Of a stretch of DNA of 64,000 nucleotides, positions 28,310 through 38,940 are shown in pieces. The position numbers and the translations under genes are program-made. The notes under the pieces are model-generated. The model searched no databases. It saw only the letters and a list, made by a program, of their open reading frames with translations, and was not told the origin of the DNA. The stretch covers positions 1,509 to 65,508 of the forward strand of contig JACPIA010000009.1 in NCBI GenBank assembly GCA_016188295.1, given 5' to 3'. Source of the stretch: Candidatus Vogelbacteria bacterium. GTDB lineage: Bacteria > Patescibacteriota > Minisyncoccia > Phycocordibacterales > XYD1-FULL-46-19. Numbering within the stretch: the first letter of the stretch is position 1; every line of letters begins with the position of its first letter.

Positions 28310-29344
28310 TTACTTTTCGGTTAATAATTTAACTAGCGCCAGTTCGAGAGGTAGTTGAGGTACATACGGATTCTCTAGGCGGAGAGAGGCAACCAAGAGC
28401 TCACGGAGGAGATCCGGAAGCATTGTGCTAGTCGGTTTGATCACCACTTCGGTCAAAAATTTTTCCTCATCCTTATCAGTCTCATTAAAAATATCAGTTT
28501 TTAAATCGGGTGAGTATTTAAGAAGCATCGCTAATCGCACCTCCCGAAGCAATAGTCTAATAAATAAATTAATGTCTTTGTTCTCTGCTACTGCTTGCGC
28601 CACCACACTTAAAGCTCCAGCTAAATCATGATTAAGGGTGGTTAGGATTAAATTATAGACCAACCATGAACTTGGCGCACCAGTGATCGCTTCCACTTCT
28701 TTAGTGGTAATTTTTTTATCTTTACTACTGCTAATTACTTTTTGGACAAGACCTAAAGTATCGCGGAAAGAACCGTCACCTAAAAAAGCTAGCACACTGG
28801 CTGCCCCTTCATCAAAAATATAACCCTCTTCTTTACCTACCGTGACCACTAATTTTTTAAGTATCTCGTTGGTCGGACGTTTGAAAACGAATGTTTGACA
28901 GCGTGAGATAATAGTGTCCGGTACTTTCGCTAAATCAGTAGTGGCTAAAATAAAGATCACGTGTGCCGGCGGTTCTTCCACTGTTTTAAGGAGAGCATTC
29001 CAGGCCTCTTTGGTGAGCATGTGAACCTCATCGATAATATACACTTTAACTTTAGATTCGAAGGGTAAAGTGTTGACCGCTTCACGAAGTTCGCGAATCT
29101 CATCAATGCCGCGATTGGATGCGGCATCGATCTCATATAAATCATGACCTTTACAACCAAGTTCTCTGGCTAAAATTCGCGCAACACTGGTTTTACCCGT
29201 CCCCCGTGAACCGGAAAAGAGATAGGCATGAGTGGTGGTCTCATTTTTAAGCGAGCCCTTAAGTACTGAGACAATGTGATCTTGACCGATCACTCTAGCA
29301 AAACTGTCCGGCCGATATTTACGATAAAGAGTTTGAAGCGACAT
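28310..29344 (-). CDS. dnaX: DNA polymerase III gamma/tau
   Basis: LYRKYRP, GSRGTGKT, EIDAAS, DEVHML, SRC. Confidence 0.95.
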   Translation of the reverse strand: MSLQTLYRKYRPDSFARVIGQDHIVSVLKGSLKNETTTHAYLFSGSRGTGKTSVARILARELGCKGHDLYEIDAASNRGIDEIRELREAVNTLPFESKVKVYIIDEVHMLTKEAWNALLKTVEEPPAHVIFILATTDLAKVPDTIISRCQTFVFKRPTNEILKKLVVTVGKEEGYIFDEGAASVLAFLGDGSFRDTLGLVQKVISSSKDKKITTKEVEAITGAPSSWLVYNLILTTLNHDLAGALSVVAQAVAENKDINLFIRLLLREVRLAMLLKYSPDLKTDIFNETDKDEEKFLTEVVIKPTSTMLPDLLRELLVASLRLENPYVPQLPLELALVKLLTEK

Positions 29345-30311
29345 AGCTATTATTTAGTATAACAGACACCCCTTGAGCCGTCTCGGCTGACATTAACTCT
29401 TCTCTGATTTTGGCAGTATTAGGCCAATCTTTAACGTAAGCACCAAAAAATTTACGCATGACCGCAAAATTTTTAGTATGACCGCCAAACAGCGCATTAT
29501 TAGTTGGACCCGGACGATATAGCTGTTCAAACAATCTCGCATGTTCTTGTAATTTAAGTAACCGATCTGTAATGGTAATATTTGTTTGATCGCTAAAAAG
29601 CCAAGGGTGGCCATAAATTGCTCGGCCAAGCATTATCCCGTCTAAATTATAGTCAGCGGCTTTTTGTTTAGCCTCGGCCACCGTTTTAACATCGCCGTTA
29701 GCTAAAGTTAAAACGCCGGTACCGGTAGCTAATCTGACTAACTCCCCCGCGAGTTTCCAATGAGCGGCCACTTTAGACATTTCTTTGCGGGTGCGCAAAT
29801 GCCATGTAATTGCCGCTGGTTTTGCCTCGATTAATTTAGGGCCCCAGGTTTCAAATTCCATAGTGTTGTAACCTAAACGAGTTTTAACCGAAACCGGCAA
29901 ACCCGATCCCTCTTTAGCAGCTAAGATAATTTCTTGAGCTAATAAGGAACTTTTAATCAGCGCCGCCCCGGCTCCCTGCTTCTCGATTGTTTTATCCGGA
30001 CAGCCCATATTGATGTCGATACCGACAAAACCGAGACTGGCGACCAGTTTGGCCGCCTCAAACATTTTGTCGGGTTTAGAGCCAAATAGTTGAGCGATTA
30101 TCGGCTGTTCAATCGGGGTAAAATAAAGCTCGCGCAATAATTTAACTCGCCCCTTGTCCGAGCATAGACCATCAGCCGAAACAAATTCGGTAAAAAATAA
30201 ATCTGGTTGCCCACACCCGGCAATAATTTGTCTAAAAGCCGAGTCAGTCACATCGGCCATCGGGGCTAAGACAATGATCGGTCGATTTAAACTCTGCCAA
30301 ATATTAGTCAT
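29319..30311 (-). CDS. tRNA-dihydrouridine synthase (start about 30311)
   Basis: LAPMADVTD, IDINMGCP, SVKTR, ANGDV, MLGR. Confidence 0.92.
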   Translation of the reverse strand: MTNIWQSLNRPIIVLAPMADVTDSAFRQIIAGCGQPDLFFTEFVSADGLCSDKGRVKLLRELYFTPIEQPIIAQLFGSKPDKMFEAAKLVASLGFVGIDINMGCPDKTIEKQGAGAALIKSSLLAQEIILAAKEGSGLPVSVKTRLGYNTMEFETWGPKLIEAKPAAITWHLRTRKEMSKVAAHWKLAGELVRLATGTGVLTLANGDVKTVAEAKQKAADYNLDGIMLGRAIYGHPWLFSDQTNITITDRLLKLQEHARLFEQLYRPGPTNNALFGGHTKNFAVMRKFFGAYVKDWPNTAKIREELMSAETAQGVSVILNNSYVASNSLS

Positions 30312-31167
30312 TAAATTTGTAAAATACTTTATTGCCAAAGCGCACATCTAGATAATCAAGCAAGATGTGTTTAGTTTTAAACTCTTGCTGGAAGGTGTTG
30401 GAGTGCCATACTGACGATAAATTACGCCCAGTTACTTCTAAATCTTGATCAAGATCAATTCGCAGTTGCCAAGTCAAGATCGGACCAAGATTATAATTTC
30501 TGACGGTAAATACCGCATCCCCCGCCGGCCAAAGTTCCGCCGACTCAAACCGGATTACATCGCTCGAGGTCGTAGCTAGTAGTGATGGGCCAGCGGCCGC
30601 GAATTGGACCAGTTTGAGTAAATAAAAAGCCGGTACTGGCTCGGCCGGCAGAGTGACCGGTGAGGTTGTTCCAATGATCTCAAAAAAGAGGGCTCTAGAA
30701 AACCACGGTGCCGGCGCGTACACTAAACCAGTCTGATCAATAAAAAAACATCGATCATGACCTACCCCCACACACCAAAGGGCCAATGGCGAGCGTTCGA
30801 CTATCTTAATCTCCACTTCATTAAAATTACGGCGATAAATCTCAACTCTTTGTAATCGTGGTAAAGTAGTTGATAATTGCTGTTTAATTTTAGCTATCGG
30901 GTACCAGACAATATGATTTTTAGGAATTACATAAAAATAACGACCAACACTCAATGATTCGACCACTAGCATGATCTCACTGTCAGTGACGACCTTATTA
31001 CCGACGACCGTTACAGTTTTGATTTGCAACCACGGTGTCTCAATCATAAAAACTAAACTAGCTAAAATCAAAATAGCGAGTGCCAACCACCAATAATAGC
31101 GCCGTGAGCGTTCACGACGGCGCAACTTATTAGAGCGCTCTAAAACCTCGCGATGAGATAAAGTCAT
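30304..31167 (-). CDS. FtsQ/DivIB-like cell division protein
   Basis: Basic N-terminus, TM, POTRA-like segment, IVER.P..LW, YLDVRFGNKVFYK. Confidence 0.75.
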   Translation of the reverse strand: MTLSHREVLERSNKLRRRERSRRYYWWLALAILILASLVFMIETPWLQIKTVTVVGNKVVTDSEIMLVVESLSVGRYFYVIPKNHIVWYPIAKIKQQLSTTLPRLQRVEIYRRNFNEVEIKIVERSPLALWCVGVGHDRCFFIDQTGLVYAPAPWFSRALFFEIIGTTSPVTLPAEPVPAFYLLKLVQFAAAGPSLLATTSSDVIRFESAELWPAGDAVFTVRNYNLGPILTWQLRIDLDQDLEVTGRNLSSVWHSNTFQQEFKTKHILLDYLDVRFGNKVFYKFND

Positions 31168-31173
31168 ACTGAT

Positions 31174-32433
31174 TTAGACTAAATACTCGCCGTCAAAATA
31201 CGGTCGCAAAGCAGTCGGTATCTTTACCCGACCATCTTTGGTCTGATAATTCTCTATCACCGACACCAATAAACGAGGAGTCGCCGCTAAGGTCCCATTT
31301 AAAGAGTGAGCAAAACGGAGCTTACCTTCGACATCTTTGTATTTAGTATTAAGACGACGAGTCTGAAAATCGTGGAAGTAAGAGATCGAATGAGTTTCAC
31401 GATACTTACCTTCGGCTGGTACCCAAGCTTCAATATCATATTTTTTGACCTGGCCTAAACCTAAATCACCACTACAATTAACAACCACCCGATAGGGCAA
31501 CCCTAAAACTTGCATTAATTTTTCTGCCGTCTCTAGCAACGCCTCATGCCAGCGGACACTCTCCTCGTGATTAGCCTCGCATAAAATTACTTGCTCCACT
31601 TTATAAAACTCGTGGACTCGGATTAAACCCTTAGTATCTTTACCGTGACTCCCGGCCTCGCGACGGAAACAAGGTGAAAAGGCAGCGATTTTTTTAGGCA
31701 ACTCGGTGACGGGAATGACCTCATCTAAAAAGTAGCCCATGGTCGCCACCTCGGCCGTGCCAGCTAAAAAGTCACCATCTTGGGTTTGATACAAATCATC
31801 AATTCCTTGCGGTAAATAACCCGTCCCTAAAAAAGCCTCCGGTCGGACAAGTGACGGCACAATCATCTGCTCAAAACCATCTTTAGAGAGTAGTTCCCGT
31901 GCTAATTGCCATAAAACAAATGAGAGTGTAACCGCCCCACCCGTAAGGAAGTAACCCCGAAAACCGGCTACTTTAGCACCACGTTCAAAATCAACTAAAT
32001 GATGCTGTCCCAACAACACCGTGTGATCTCGTGGTTGAAAATCAAAATTAGGCTTGTCACCCCACACCTTAAGCTCTACATTATCCGCCTCAGTGTCACC
32101 CTCTGACACCGACATGTCCGGAATATTGGGCACCTCCAGCATCAGTTTTTGCCACTCTCTGGTAGTTTCGCGCAATCGCTCCTCGCCTAAAGTAAGTGCT
32201 TCTTTGACTTTCTTCATCTCACTAATTAAAGTTTGCTTGTCATCGTTGTTTACTTTAGCAATAGCGTCACTAGCCTCATTTTGTTTGGCTCGTAAAGCTT
32301 CGACTTCTCGGAGCACTACCAAACGTGAATCATCTAAAGTAATTAACTGATCAAGATTAACGGTTAAGCGTTTTTTGCGTACCGCCTCTTTAACCAAATC
32401 TAGATTCTCGCGGATAAATTTAATATCAAGCAT
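31174..32433 (-). CDS. serS: Seryl-tRNA synthetase
   Basis: MLDIKFIR, GTAEV, FRREAG, RVHEFYKVEQ, LNGT. Confidence 0.97.
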   Translation of the reverse strand: MLDIKFIRENLDLVKEAVRKKRLTVNLDQLITLDDSRLVVLREVEALRAKQNEASDAIAKVNNDDKQTLISEMKKVKEALTLGEERLRETTREWQKLMLEVPNIPDMSVSEGDTEADNVELKVWGDKPNFDFQPRDHTVLLGQHHLVDFERGAKVAGFRGYFLTGGAVTLSFVLWQLARELLSKDGFEQMIVPSLVRPEAFLGTGYLPQGIDDLYQTQDGDFLAGTAEVATMGYFLDEVIPVTELPKKIAAFSPCFRREAGSHGKDTKGLIRVHEFYKVEQVILCEANHEESVRWHEALLETAEKLMQVLGLPYRVVVNCSGDLGLGQVKKYDIEAWVPAEGKYRETHSISYFHDFQTRRLNTKYKDVEGKLRFAHSLNGTLAATPRLLVSVIENYQTKDGRVKIPTALRPYFDGEYLV

Positions 32434-32474
32434 TTATCTCCTACAATACCAAAATTTGTTACAATACACCATAT

Positions 32475-33338
32475 ATGGCACAGATTGAGATCCTTTTGCC
32501 GTCCGATTACCCACCCTATTTAGCTGAGATTCCCGAGCCGCCAACCAAACTATTTATTGAGGGCAATTTGCCGGGCCCGGATTACCATTTACTCACCGTG
32601 GTAGGTTCGCGTAAATTCTCGCAGTATGGTCGCGAAGCGTGCGAAAAATTGATTACTGGTCTGCGTGGTTACCCGGTGGCAATCGTGTCCGGACTCGCTT
32701 TAGGGATAGATACTATTGCTCATCAAGCAGCCTTAAAAGCAAAGCTACCCACCATCGCCTTCCCCGGCTCTGGTTTAGATCGTAAAGTATTGCATCCCCA
32801 CTCCAACCGGCGCTTAGCCGATGAGATCGTGGCCGCCGGTGGAGCACTAGTGGCCGAGTTTCCACCGACTATGCCAGCCGGTTTACATACCTTTCCTAAA
32901 CGTAACCGTTTAATGGCTGGCTTAGCTGAAGCAACTTTAGTGATTGAGGCTGGCGAAAAATCGGGGACTTTAATTACCGCGCGACTGGCCCTAGATTATA
33001 ATCGGGAGGTGCTAGCCATACCAGGCTCAATCTTTAGCCCTAGTACTTTAGGAACTAATGAATTAATTAGAAGAGGCGCAACAGTGGTCACCAAGTCCGA
33101 ACATATTTTAGATGTGTTTGATTTAGTCCAAGTCGGCGTTGTTAGCCAACCAACTTTATTCGAAAAAGTATCTGATAAAGAAAAAATCATTTTAGAGTTA
33201 TTAGCGATCGAGCCTTTGCCCCGCGACGAAGTGATCGCTCGCTCCCTACTTACCATCAGTGAAGCCAATACCACTTTAGCGATGTTAGAAATCAAAGGCG
33301 TGATTATGGAGAGTTTAGGTGAGATTAGATTAATGTAA
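32475..33338 (+). CDS. dprA: DNA processing protein DprA
   Basis: VVGSR, VSGLALGID, FPKRNRL, SGTLITA. Confidence 0.95.
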   Translation: MAQIEILLPSDYPPYLAEIPEPPTKLFIEGNLPGPDYHLLTVVGSRKFSQYGREACEKLITGLRGYPVAIVSGLALGIDTIAHQAALKAKLPTIAFPGSGLDRKVLHPHSNRRLADEIVAAGGALVAEFPPTMPAGLHTFPKRNRLMAGLAEATLVIEAGEKSGTLITARLALDYNREVLAIPGSIFSPSTLGTNELIRRGATVVTKSEHILDVFDLVQVGVVSQPTLFEKVSDKEKIILELLAIEPLPRDEVIARSLLTISEANTTLAMLEIKGVIMESLGEIRLM

Positions 33339-33347
33339 ATAAAAACC

Positions 33348-33389
33348 AAGTATACCAAATCTCCGTATATACGTGGAAGTGGTATACTT
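33348..33389. repeat. Imperfect intergenic palindrome between dprA and topA
   Basis: aagtatacca...cgtatatacg...tggtatactt. Confidence 0.55.
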
Positions 33390-33453
33390 AAATAAAAGAC
33401 TTAAATTCAATTAAATTGCGGTAAAATGTTTTTTGTAGTATTACTTAAGGGAC

Positions 33454-35664
33454 ATGAAATTGTTAATTGTCGAATCGCCGGCGAAAGCGAAAACTATTTC
33501 TAAATATTTAAATGATGAGTACACCGTCCGCGCGTCGGTGGGTCATATTCGAGATCTCCCTAAATCTAATAAAGATGCGATTGACATCAAAGCCGGCTTT
33601 ATCCCCCACTACGAGATTAGTAAAGGTAAAGAGAAGGTCGTGGCCGATTTAAAAGCGTTAGCTAAAAAATCAAGTGAGATCTTACTCGCGACCGACCCCG
33701 ACCGCGAAGGTGAGGCCATTGCTTGGCACGTCGCCGAGATTTTGAATCTCGGAAATAAAAAATCCGAAATAACAAATAACAAAATTAAACGTGTCGTCTT
33801 TCATGAGATTACTAAAGAGGCGGTGCAAGAAGCAATTAAACAACCACGCGATATTGATGATGATTTGCGGCGCGCGCAAGAAGCGCGCCGCGTTCTCGAT
33901 CGCCTCTTTGGTTATGATCTCTCCGGTCTTATTTGGCAAAAAGTCCGCTATGGCCTCTCGGCTGGCCGGGTACAATCTCCAGCCCTCCGGATTTTAGTCG
34001 AGCGTGAACGCGAGATTAAAACCTTTATCCCTGAGGCCTTTTGGGTCTTAACCGGTTTATTTAAACTAAAAAACGGTACCGAAATGCCCGCCACTTGTGT
34101 GGTCGAGCCTAAGACCGAAGCTGAGGCTAATGACATTGTATCTCGAGGCCAAAAAGCTACTTGGCAAATTAATGACGTTGAGGAGAGTGAGACTAAACGC
34201 CAACCGCGCGCGCCCTTTACCACCTCAACTTTACAACAAACCGCCTCCTCGCGTTTAGGCTACTCGCCAAGCATGACTATGCGCCTAGCTCAAAAGTTAT
34301 ATGAGGCCGGACACATTACTTACATGCGTACCGACAGTACTAATTTAAGCCAAGTAGCAATTAAAGAGATTGAGCAAGTCGTTAATAAACAATATGGCGC
34401 GGGCTTATTTGAGTATCACGCTTACACTACTAAAAGTAAAAATGCCCAAGAGGCTCACGAGGCGGTCCGCCCCACTCACGCCTCCATTAAAAGTGCCGGC
34501 GCCAGTGGACCAGAAAAAAAGTTATATGAATTAATTTGGCAACGGGCCGTGGCCAGTCAAATGCAGACGGCTTTAATTAAGCGGACTAAAATTACACTCA
34601 AAGCTAGCGACGCTAAAGTACCCCTTTATGCCACTAACGGCTCGCGCACCATCTCCCCCGGCTGGTTATTAGCCGATCCGGACGCTCGCGGGGAGGAGGT
34701 GGAGTTGCCTGAGGTCAATATGGACGACTCCGTGACTGTTATTAAATTAGAATCGGAAGGTAAAGAAACCCTCCCACCTAATCGCTACACCGAAGCTGGT
34801 TTAGTTAAGGAATTGGAAAAACGTGGTATTGGCCGCCCGAGTACCTACGCCAGTATTATTAAAACGGTCATTGATCGCGGTTATGTCAATAAAGAGGGTC
34901 GGGCGTTAAAACCAACCGAAATCGGTGAGGTGGTCAGCACTTTTTTAGAGAATCATTTTGGTAATTATATTAGTGATTCCTTTACTGCCGAGATGGAGGA
35001 TGAGCTCGATGAGATCGCCACCGGCAAACGAGAGTACACTAAAACGCTTGAAGATTTTTACACTCCCTTTACTAAAAGTGTCAGGGAGAAAAAGGACATC
35101 ACTAAAATTACCGACCTTGGCCCGGCTCCGGCGGAGATGAAATGCCCGGAGTGTAACGGCCAAATGATTATTAAATTAAGCCGGACGGGTAAGTTTTACA
35201 GTTGTGCTCGCTTTCCCGACTGTACTGGCGCCCGGACGATGGAGGGCAATGTTTTAGAAGGTCCAAAAGAGACGGGCGAAAAATGCCCTGATTGTGTCAA
35301 GGGCAAATTAGTCTCACGCGAGGGCCGCTTTGGGATGTTTGTGGCTTGTAACCGTTACCCTAAATGTAAATTTATTAAAAAAGATGATACTGCCGAGCAA
35401 CCGGGCGACACTGGGGTAACGTGCCCCATTTGTAAAACGGGTACTATGGTAGAGAAGCGCGGTCGCTTTGGCTTATTTTATGGCTGCTCCAACTACCCTA
35501 AATGTAAACATATTATTAAAAGTAAGCCGACGGGCCAAATCTGTAATTACCATCGTGAAATTGGCCCCTGCACCCAATTAATGATGGAAGGGACCAAAAC
35601 CATCCCCGAGCGTTGTAGCGACAAAGCATGTCCCAACCACAATCCTCATAAACTCCCAAAATAG
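33454..35664 (+). CDS. topA: DNA topoisomerase I
   Basis: IVESPAKAKTI, DPDREGE, GRVQS, ITYMRTD, C-terminal zinc ribbons. Confidence 0.97.
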   Translation: MKLLIVESPAKAKTISKYLNDEYTVRASVGHIRDLPKSNKDAIDIKAGFIPHYEISKGKEKVVADLKALAKKSSEILLATDPDREGEAIAWHVAEILNLGNKKSEITNNKIKRVVFHEITKEAVQEAIKQPRDIDDDLRRAQEARRVLDRLFGYDLSGLIWQKVRYGLSAGRVQSPALRILVEREREIKTFIPEAFWVLTGLFKLKNGTEMPATCVVEPKTEAEANDIVSRGQKATWQINDVEESETKRQPRAPFTTSTLQQTASSRLGYSPSMTMRLAQKLYEAGHITYMRTDSTNLSQVAIKEIEQVVNKQYGAGLFEYHAYTTKSKNAQEAHEAVRPTHASIKSAGASGPEKKLYELIWQRAVASQMQTALIKRTKITLKASDAKVPLYATNGSRTISPGWLLADPDARGEEVELPEVNMDDSVTVIKLESEGKETLPPNRYTEAGLVKELEKRGIGRPSTYASIIKTVIDRGYVNKEGRALKPTEIGEVVSTFLENHFGNYISDSFTAEMEDELDEIATGKREYTKTLEDFYTPFTKSVREKKDITKITDLGPAPAEMKCPECNGQMIIKLSRTGKFYSCARFPDCTGARTMEGNVLEGPKETGEKCPDCVKGKLVSREGRFGMFVACNRYPKCKFIKKDDTAEQPGDTGVTCPICKTGTMVEKRGRFGLFYGCSNYPKCKHIIKSKPTGQICNYHREIGPCTQLMMEGTKTIPERCSDKACPNHNPHKLPK

Positions 35665-35667
35665 AAT

Positions 35668-35696
35668 CTACCACAGAGGACCGTCCTCTGTGGTAG
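35668..35696. repeat. REP-like perfect palindrome (14-bp arms) overlapping the transposase stop codon
   Basis: ctaccacagaggac-c-gtcctctgtggtag. Confidence 0.9.
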
Positions 35697-36348
35697 TAAG
35701 TGTGTTATAATTTAGCCAATCTTCTAAAAATTGTTCAAAATCCAAATTGGACTCAAAATAGGTTGGGAAAGATTTTTGGTCTAAAATCCTAGATTCTTGG
35801 CGACTATCACCAATATAATCTTGATAGCTAGAATATCGGTAATCAGACAAATATTTCTTGGTTTTAATTATATTTTTTATACCATCTTCCCGCCAATTTG
35901 GTTCAATTAATTTAACTGGGTTTAAATGAATATAAGAAAACAAGTATTTAAGGTAGCGATCAGCATCAATATATTGGGCTTGAAAACGACTCTCAAATAG
36001 AGAACCACGTCTTTTCTTGGTCAAATTAAAATACATCGAATAAGCCGTCAGCAATTTCTTCATAAACAAACTAGTCCCGCCCTCTCGATGCTCTCGAATC
36101 AATAAATGGAAATGGTTAGGCATTAGACAATAAGAACCAATACTGACTAATGTTTTTTGTCGATCAAAGTCAAAAATTTTATTTGGTGGTATATCTCGTA
36201 CTGTGATACTCCTAGTAGAATTACAAAGGTAGAGTAGTTTAATAAAACGATTATAATCAGAGTGATTTAGAAAAATATTTCTTTTGTCATTGCCACGGCT
36301 GTAAATATGATAATATTCATCAATGGCAAATTCGATCTTACGTTCCAT
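35668..36348 (-). mobile_element. REP-associated tyrosine (Y1/HUH) transposase, RAYT-like
   Basis: YHIYSRG, YCLMPNHFHLL (HUH), YIHLNPV, YSSY; AT-rich; flanked by palindromes. Confidence 0.9.
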
Positions 36349-36359
36349 TACTACATCTT

Positions 36360-36384
36360 ACCACAGAGGACGGTCCTCTGTGGT
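36360..36384. repeat. REP-like perfect palindrome, inverted relative to the left copy
   Basis: accacagaggac-g-gtcctctgtggt. Confidence 0.9.
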
Positions 36385-36407
36385 GGTGGACATGGTATAA
36401 TTTTAAA

Positions 36408-37847
36408 ATGGCAGAAATATCTGGATTAAAAGAGTTAATTGATCTATTACCGGCTGATACCCAAATTGGTTTAATTGAGCGAGCGTACACGTTTGCGACC
36501 CAAGCCCATGCTGGTCAAAAAAGATTTTCCGGCGAGGACTATATTACTCACCCGGTGGAGGTAGCTAAAATTTTAGCCACCATGCGAGCCGATATCGAGA
36601 CCATTGTCGCCGGCCTTCTTCATGATGTTTTAGAAGACACTACAGTAACTCGCCCAGAATTGGTTAAAGAATTTGGTGAGACGGTCACTTTTTTAGTCGA
36701 CGGCGTTACTAAACTCGGTCAACTTAAATACCAAGGAGTAGAGCGCCACGTTGAGAGCCTACGCAAATTATTTGTGGCAATGGCTAAAGATTTGCGGGTA
36801 ATTATGATCCGCTTAGCTGACCGCCTGCATAATATCCGGACTTTAAATCATATCCCTAAGAATAAACAAAAACGAATCGCCATCGAGACGCTGGAAATTT
36901 ACGCTCCGCTCGCTAATCGTCTCGGAATGTGGAAAATCAAAGGCAGTTTAGAAGATAGTGCCTTTCCTTACGCTTACCCTAAAGAGTATGCGCTGGTAGT
37001 GACTTTGCGTAAGACTAAAGGCCGGGAGAGTGTTAAGCGATTAGAAAAGTTGTATCGCACTCTTTCACGTGAAGCTATCACTCAAGGGATTAAAGATATT
37101 AAAATTGAATATCGGATCAAATATTTATACAGCTTGTATGAAAAGTTAAAGAAACATGATATGAATATTGATCAAATTTACGATCTCTCGGCCTTACGCG
37201 TGATTGTGCCAACAGTAGCTGACTGTTACCAAATACTCGGTTTAATCCATACTTTGTGGAAACCGGTCTCTGGCCGTCTTAAGGATTATGTAGCCAATCC
37301 TAAACCTAATGGCTATCAAAGTATTCACACCACTATTTTTGTGGGAGATAACAGTATGGCTGAAGTTCAGATTCGCACCGAGCTTATGCATGAGAAAGCG
37401 GAGTATGGTGTAGCCTCGCATTTAATTTACGACGAGCACGGCAAAACTAAAAAGACCCGCTTGACTGATCCTAAATTGGCCTGGCTTAATAAATTACTCG
37501 AGTGGCAAAAACATCCTCATCAATCGGAGGATTATCTGGCCATCCTTAAAACTGACTTTTTTGAGGATCGGATTTTTGTCTTTACGCCCAAAGGCGATGT
37601 TATTGAGCTACCGGTGGGAGCAACGCCCCTTGATTTTGCATATGCTATCCACTCCGAGATTGGTGATCATGCTAATGGTGCCACGGTAAATGGTAAATTT
37701 GTGGCTTTGATGACCCCACTAAAAACTGATGACATAGTCCTGATTGAAACTAAAAAATCAAGTAAACCTTCCGTTAAGTGGCTGGAACATGTTAAAACCG
37801 GCATGGCCCGCAAACACATTAAGTCGTATATTCAAAAATTGAATTAA
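36408..37847 (+). CDS. RelA/SpoT homolog (HD, synthetase, TGS; no ACT)
   Basis: YITHP, LLHDVLED, LADRLHN, KPNGYQSIHT, EVQIRT, VFTPKG..DFAY. Confidence 0.92.
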   Translation: MAEISGLKELIDLLPADTQIGLIERAYTFATQAHAGQKRFSGEDYITHPVEVAKILATMRADIETIVAGLLHDVLEDTTVTRPELVKEFGETVTFLVDGVTKLGQLKYQGVERHVESLRKLFVAMAKDLRVIMIRLADRLHNIRTLNHIPKNKQKRIAIETLEIYAPLANRLGMWKIKGSLEDSAFPYAYPKEYALVVTLRKTKGRESVKRLEKLYRTLSREAITQGIKDIKIEYRIKYLYSLYEKLKKHDMNIDQIYDLSALRVIVPTVADCYQILGLIHTLWKPVSGRLKDYVANPKPNGYQSIHTTIFVGDNSMAEVQIRTELMHEKAEYGVASHLIYDEHGKTKKTRLTDPKLAWLNKLLEWQKHPHQSEDYLAILKTDFFEDRIFVFTPKGDVIELPVGATPLDFAYAIHSEIGDHANGATVNGKFVALMTPLKTDDIVLIETKKSSKPSVKWLEHVKTGMARKHIKSYIQKLN

Positions 37848-38791
37848 AGCGAGAAGTGGCGTACGGAGTATAAGTCATCATCAGGGTCAGTCTCTATCGA
37901 TACCTCGGTTACGGGTAACTTTTCCCCACTTATTACCTCATCTACTGCCGGAGTATTCGCTCCACTTTGAGCCATTAAGGCCAAAATATGACGTAAATCT
38001 ACATCGGAAAAAAAATCAATGGTCACTCGCCCACCCTTATCCTTACGGTCAACTTTAACCCGGGTGCCGAATTTTTCCGTTAATTGCTCCTCGAGCTCAA
38101 TGATTTCCGGTGGAATAAAAGTATCCTTTTTACGGACTTTATCATAAGCAATGCGTCGGGCAATTTGCTCTGATTCACGAACATTAAGCCGTTTAGTCAC
38201 AATTTCATGGAATAAGGCGATTTGCTCCTCTGGTCGATCAATTAGCATTAAAATCGGTCGCGTATGGCCTTCGGTAATTTGACCAGCCATTAAGGCATCA
38301 AGAGCTACTTGCGGTAAAGCAAGCATACGCAGACTATTAGAGACATACTCCCGACTGCGACCAACCCGCTTGGCCACCTCGGTATGTTTGAGTCCAAACT
38401 CATTAACTAATTGATGAAAGGCTTGCGCTCGATCGAGCGGATTGAGATCTTCGCGTTGCAAGTTCTCAATTATTGCCAACTCCAACTTCATCTTATCGGT
38501 TTGTTCGCCAGTCTTAATTACTGCGGGCACCTGATTGATACCGGCAATTTTAGAAGCCCGTAAACGACGCTCCCCAGCAATTAATTCATACTCCACCGAG
38601 AGACCGCCGTCTTCACGCTCAATCTCTTTGCGTGTTACTACTAATGGTTGTAAGACACCGTATTGACGGATCGAGTCGGCCAAGTCACGCAGGCGATCCT
38701 CGTTAAACTCGTGTCGCGGCTGAAAAGGATTGGCTTTAATTTTATCGACTTCGATCCAGAAGATCGAGTCACCACGGTCAATTGGTTCCAT
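37844..38791 (-). CDS. parB: ParB/Spo0J partition protein
   Basis: NPFQPR, LIAGERRLRA, IENLQREDL. Confidence 0.93.
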   Translation of the reverse strand: MEPIDRGDSIFWIEVDKIKANPFQPRHEFNEDRLRDLADSIRQYGVLQPLVVTRKEIEREDGGLSVEYELIAGERRLRASKIAGINQVPAVIKTGEQTDKMKLELAIIENLQREDLNPLDRAQAFHQLVNEFGLKHTEVAKRVGRSREYVSNSLRMLALPQVALDALMAGQITEGHTRPILMLIDRPEEQIALFHEIVTKRLNVRESEQIARRIAYDKVRKKDTFIPPEIIELEEQLTEKFGTRVKVDRKDKGGRVTIDFFSDVDLRHILALMAQSGANTPAVDEVISGEKLPVTEVSIETDPDDDLYSVRHFSL

Positions 38792-38848
38792 TAGCTACAT
38801 TGTAACATGTTTGATTTTAGGCTAAAAATTGTTAAGATAGCAAATATT

Positions 38849-38932
38849 GCCGTGGTGGCGGAATTGGTAGACGCGATGGACTCAAAATCCATTGATCGCA
38901 AGATTGTGAGAGTTCGAGTCTCTCCCGCGGCA
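38849..38932 (+). tRNA. tRNA-Leu(CAA)
   Basis: ATGGA-CTCAAAA-TCCAT anticodon arm, long variable arm, GTTCGAG. Confidence 0.93.
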
Positions 38933-38940
38933 CTAATAAG

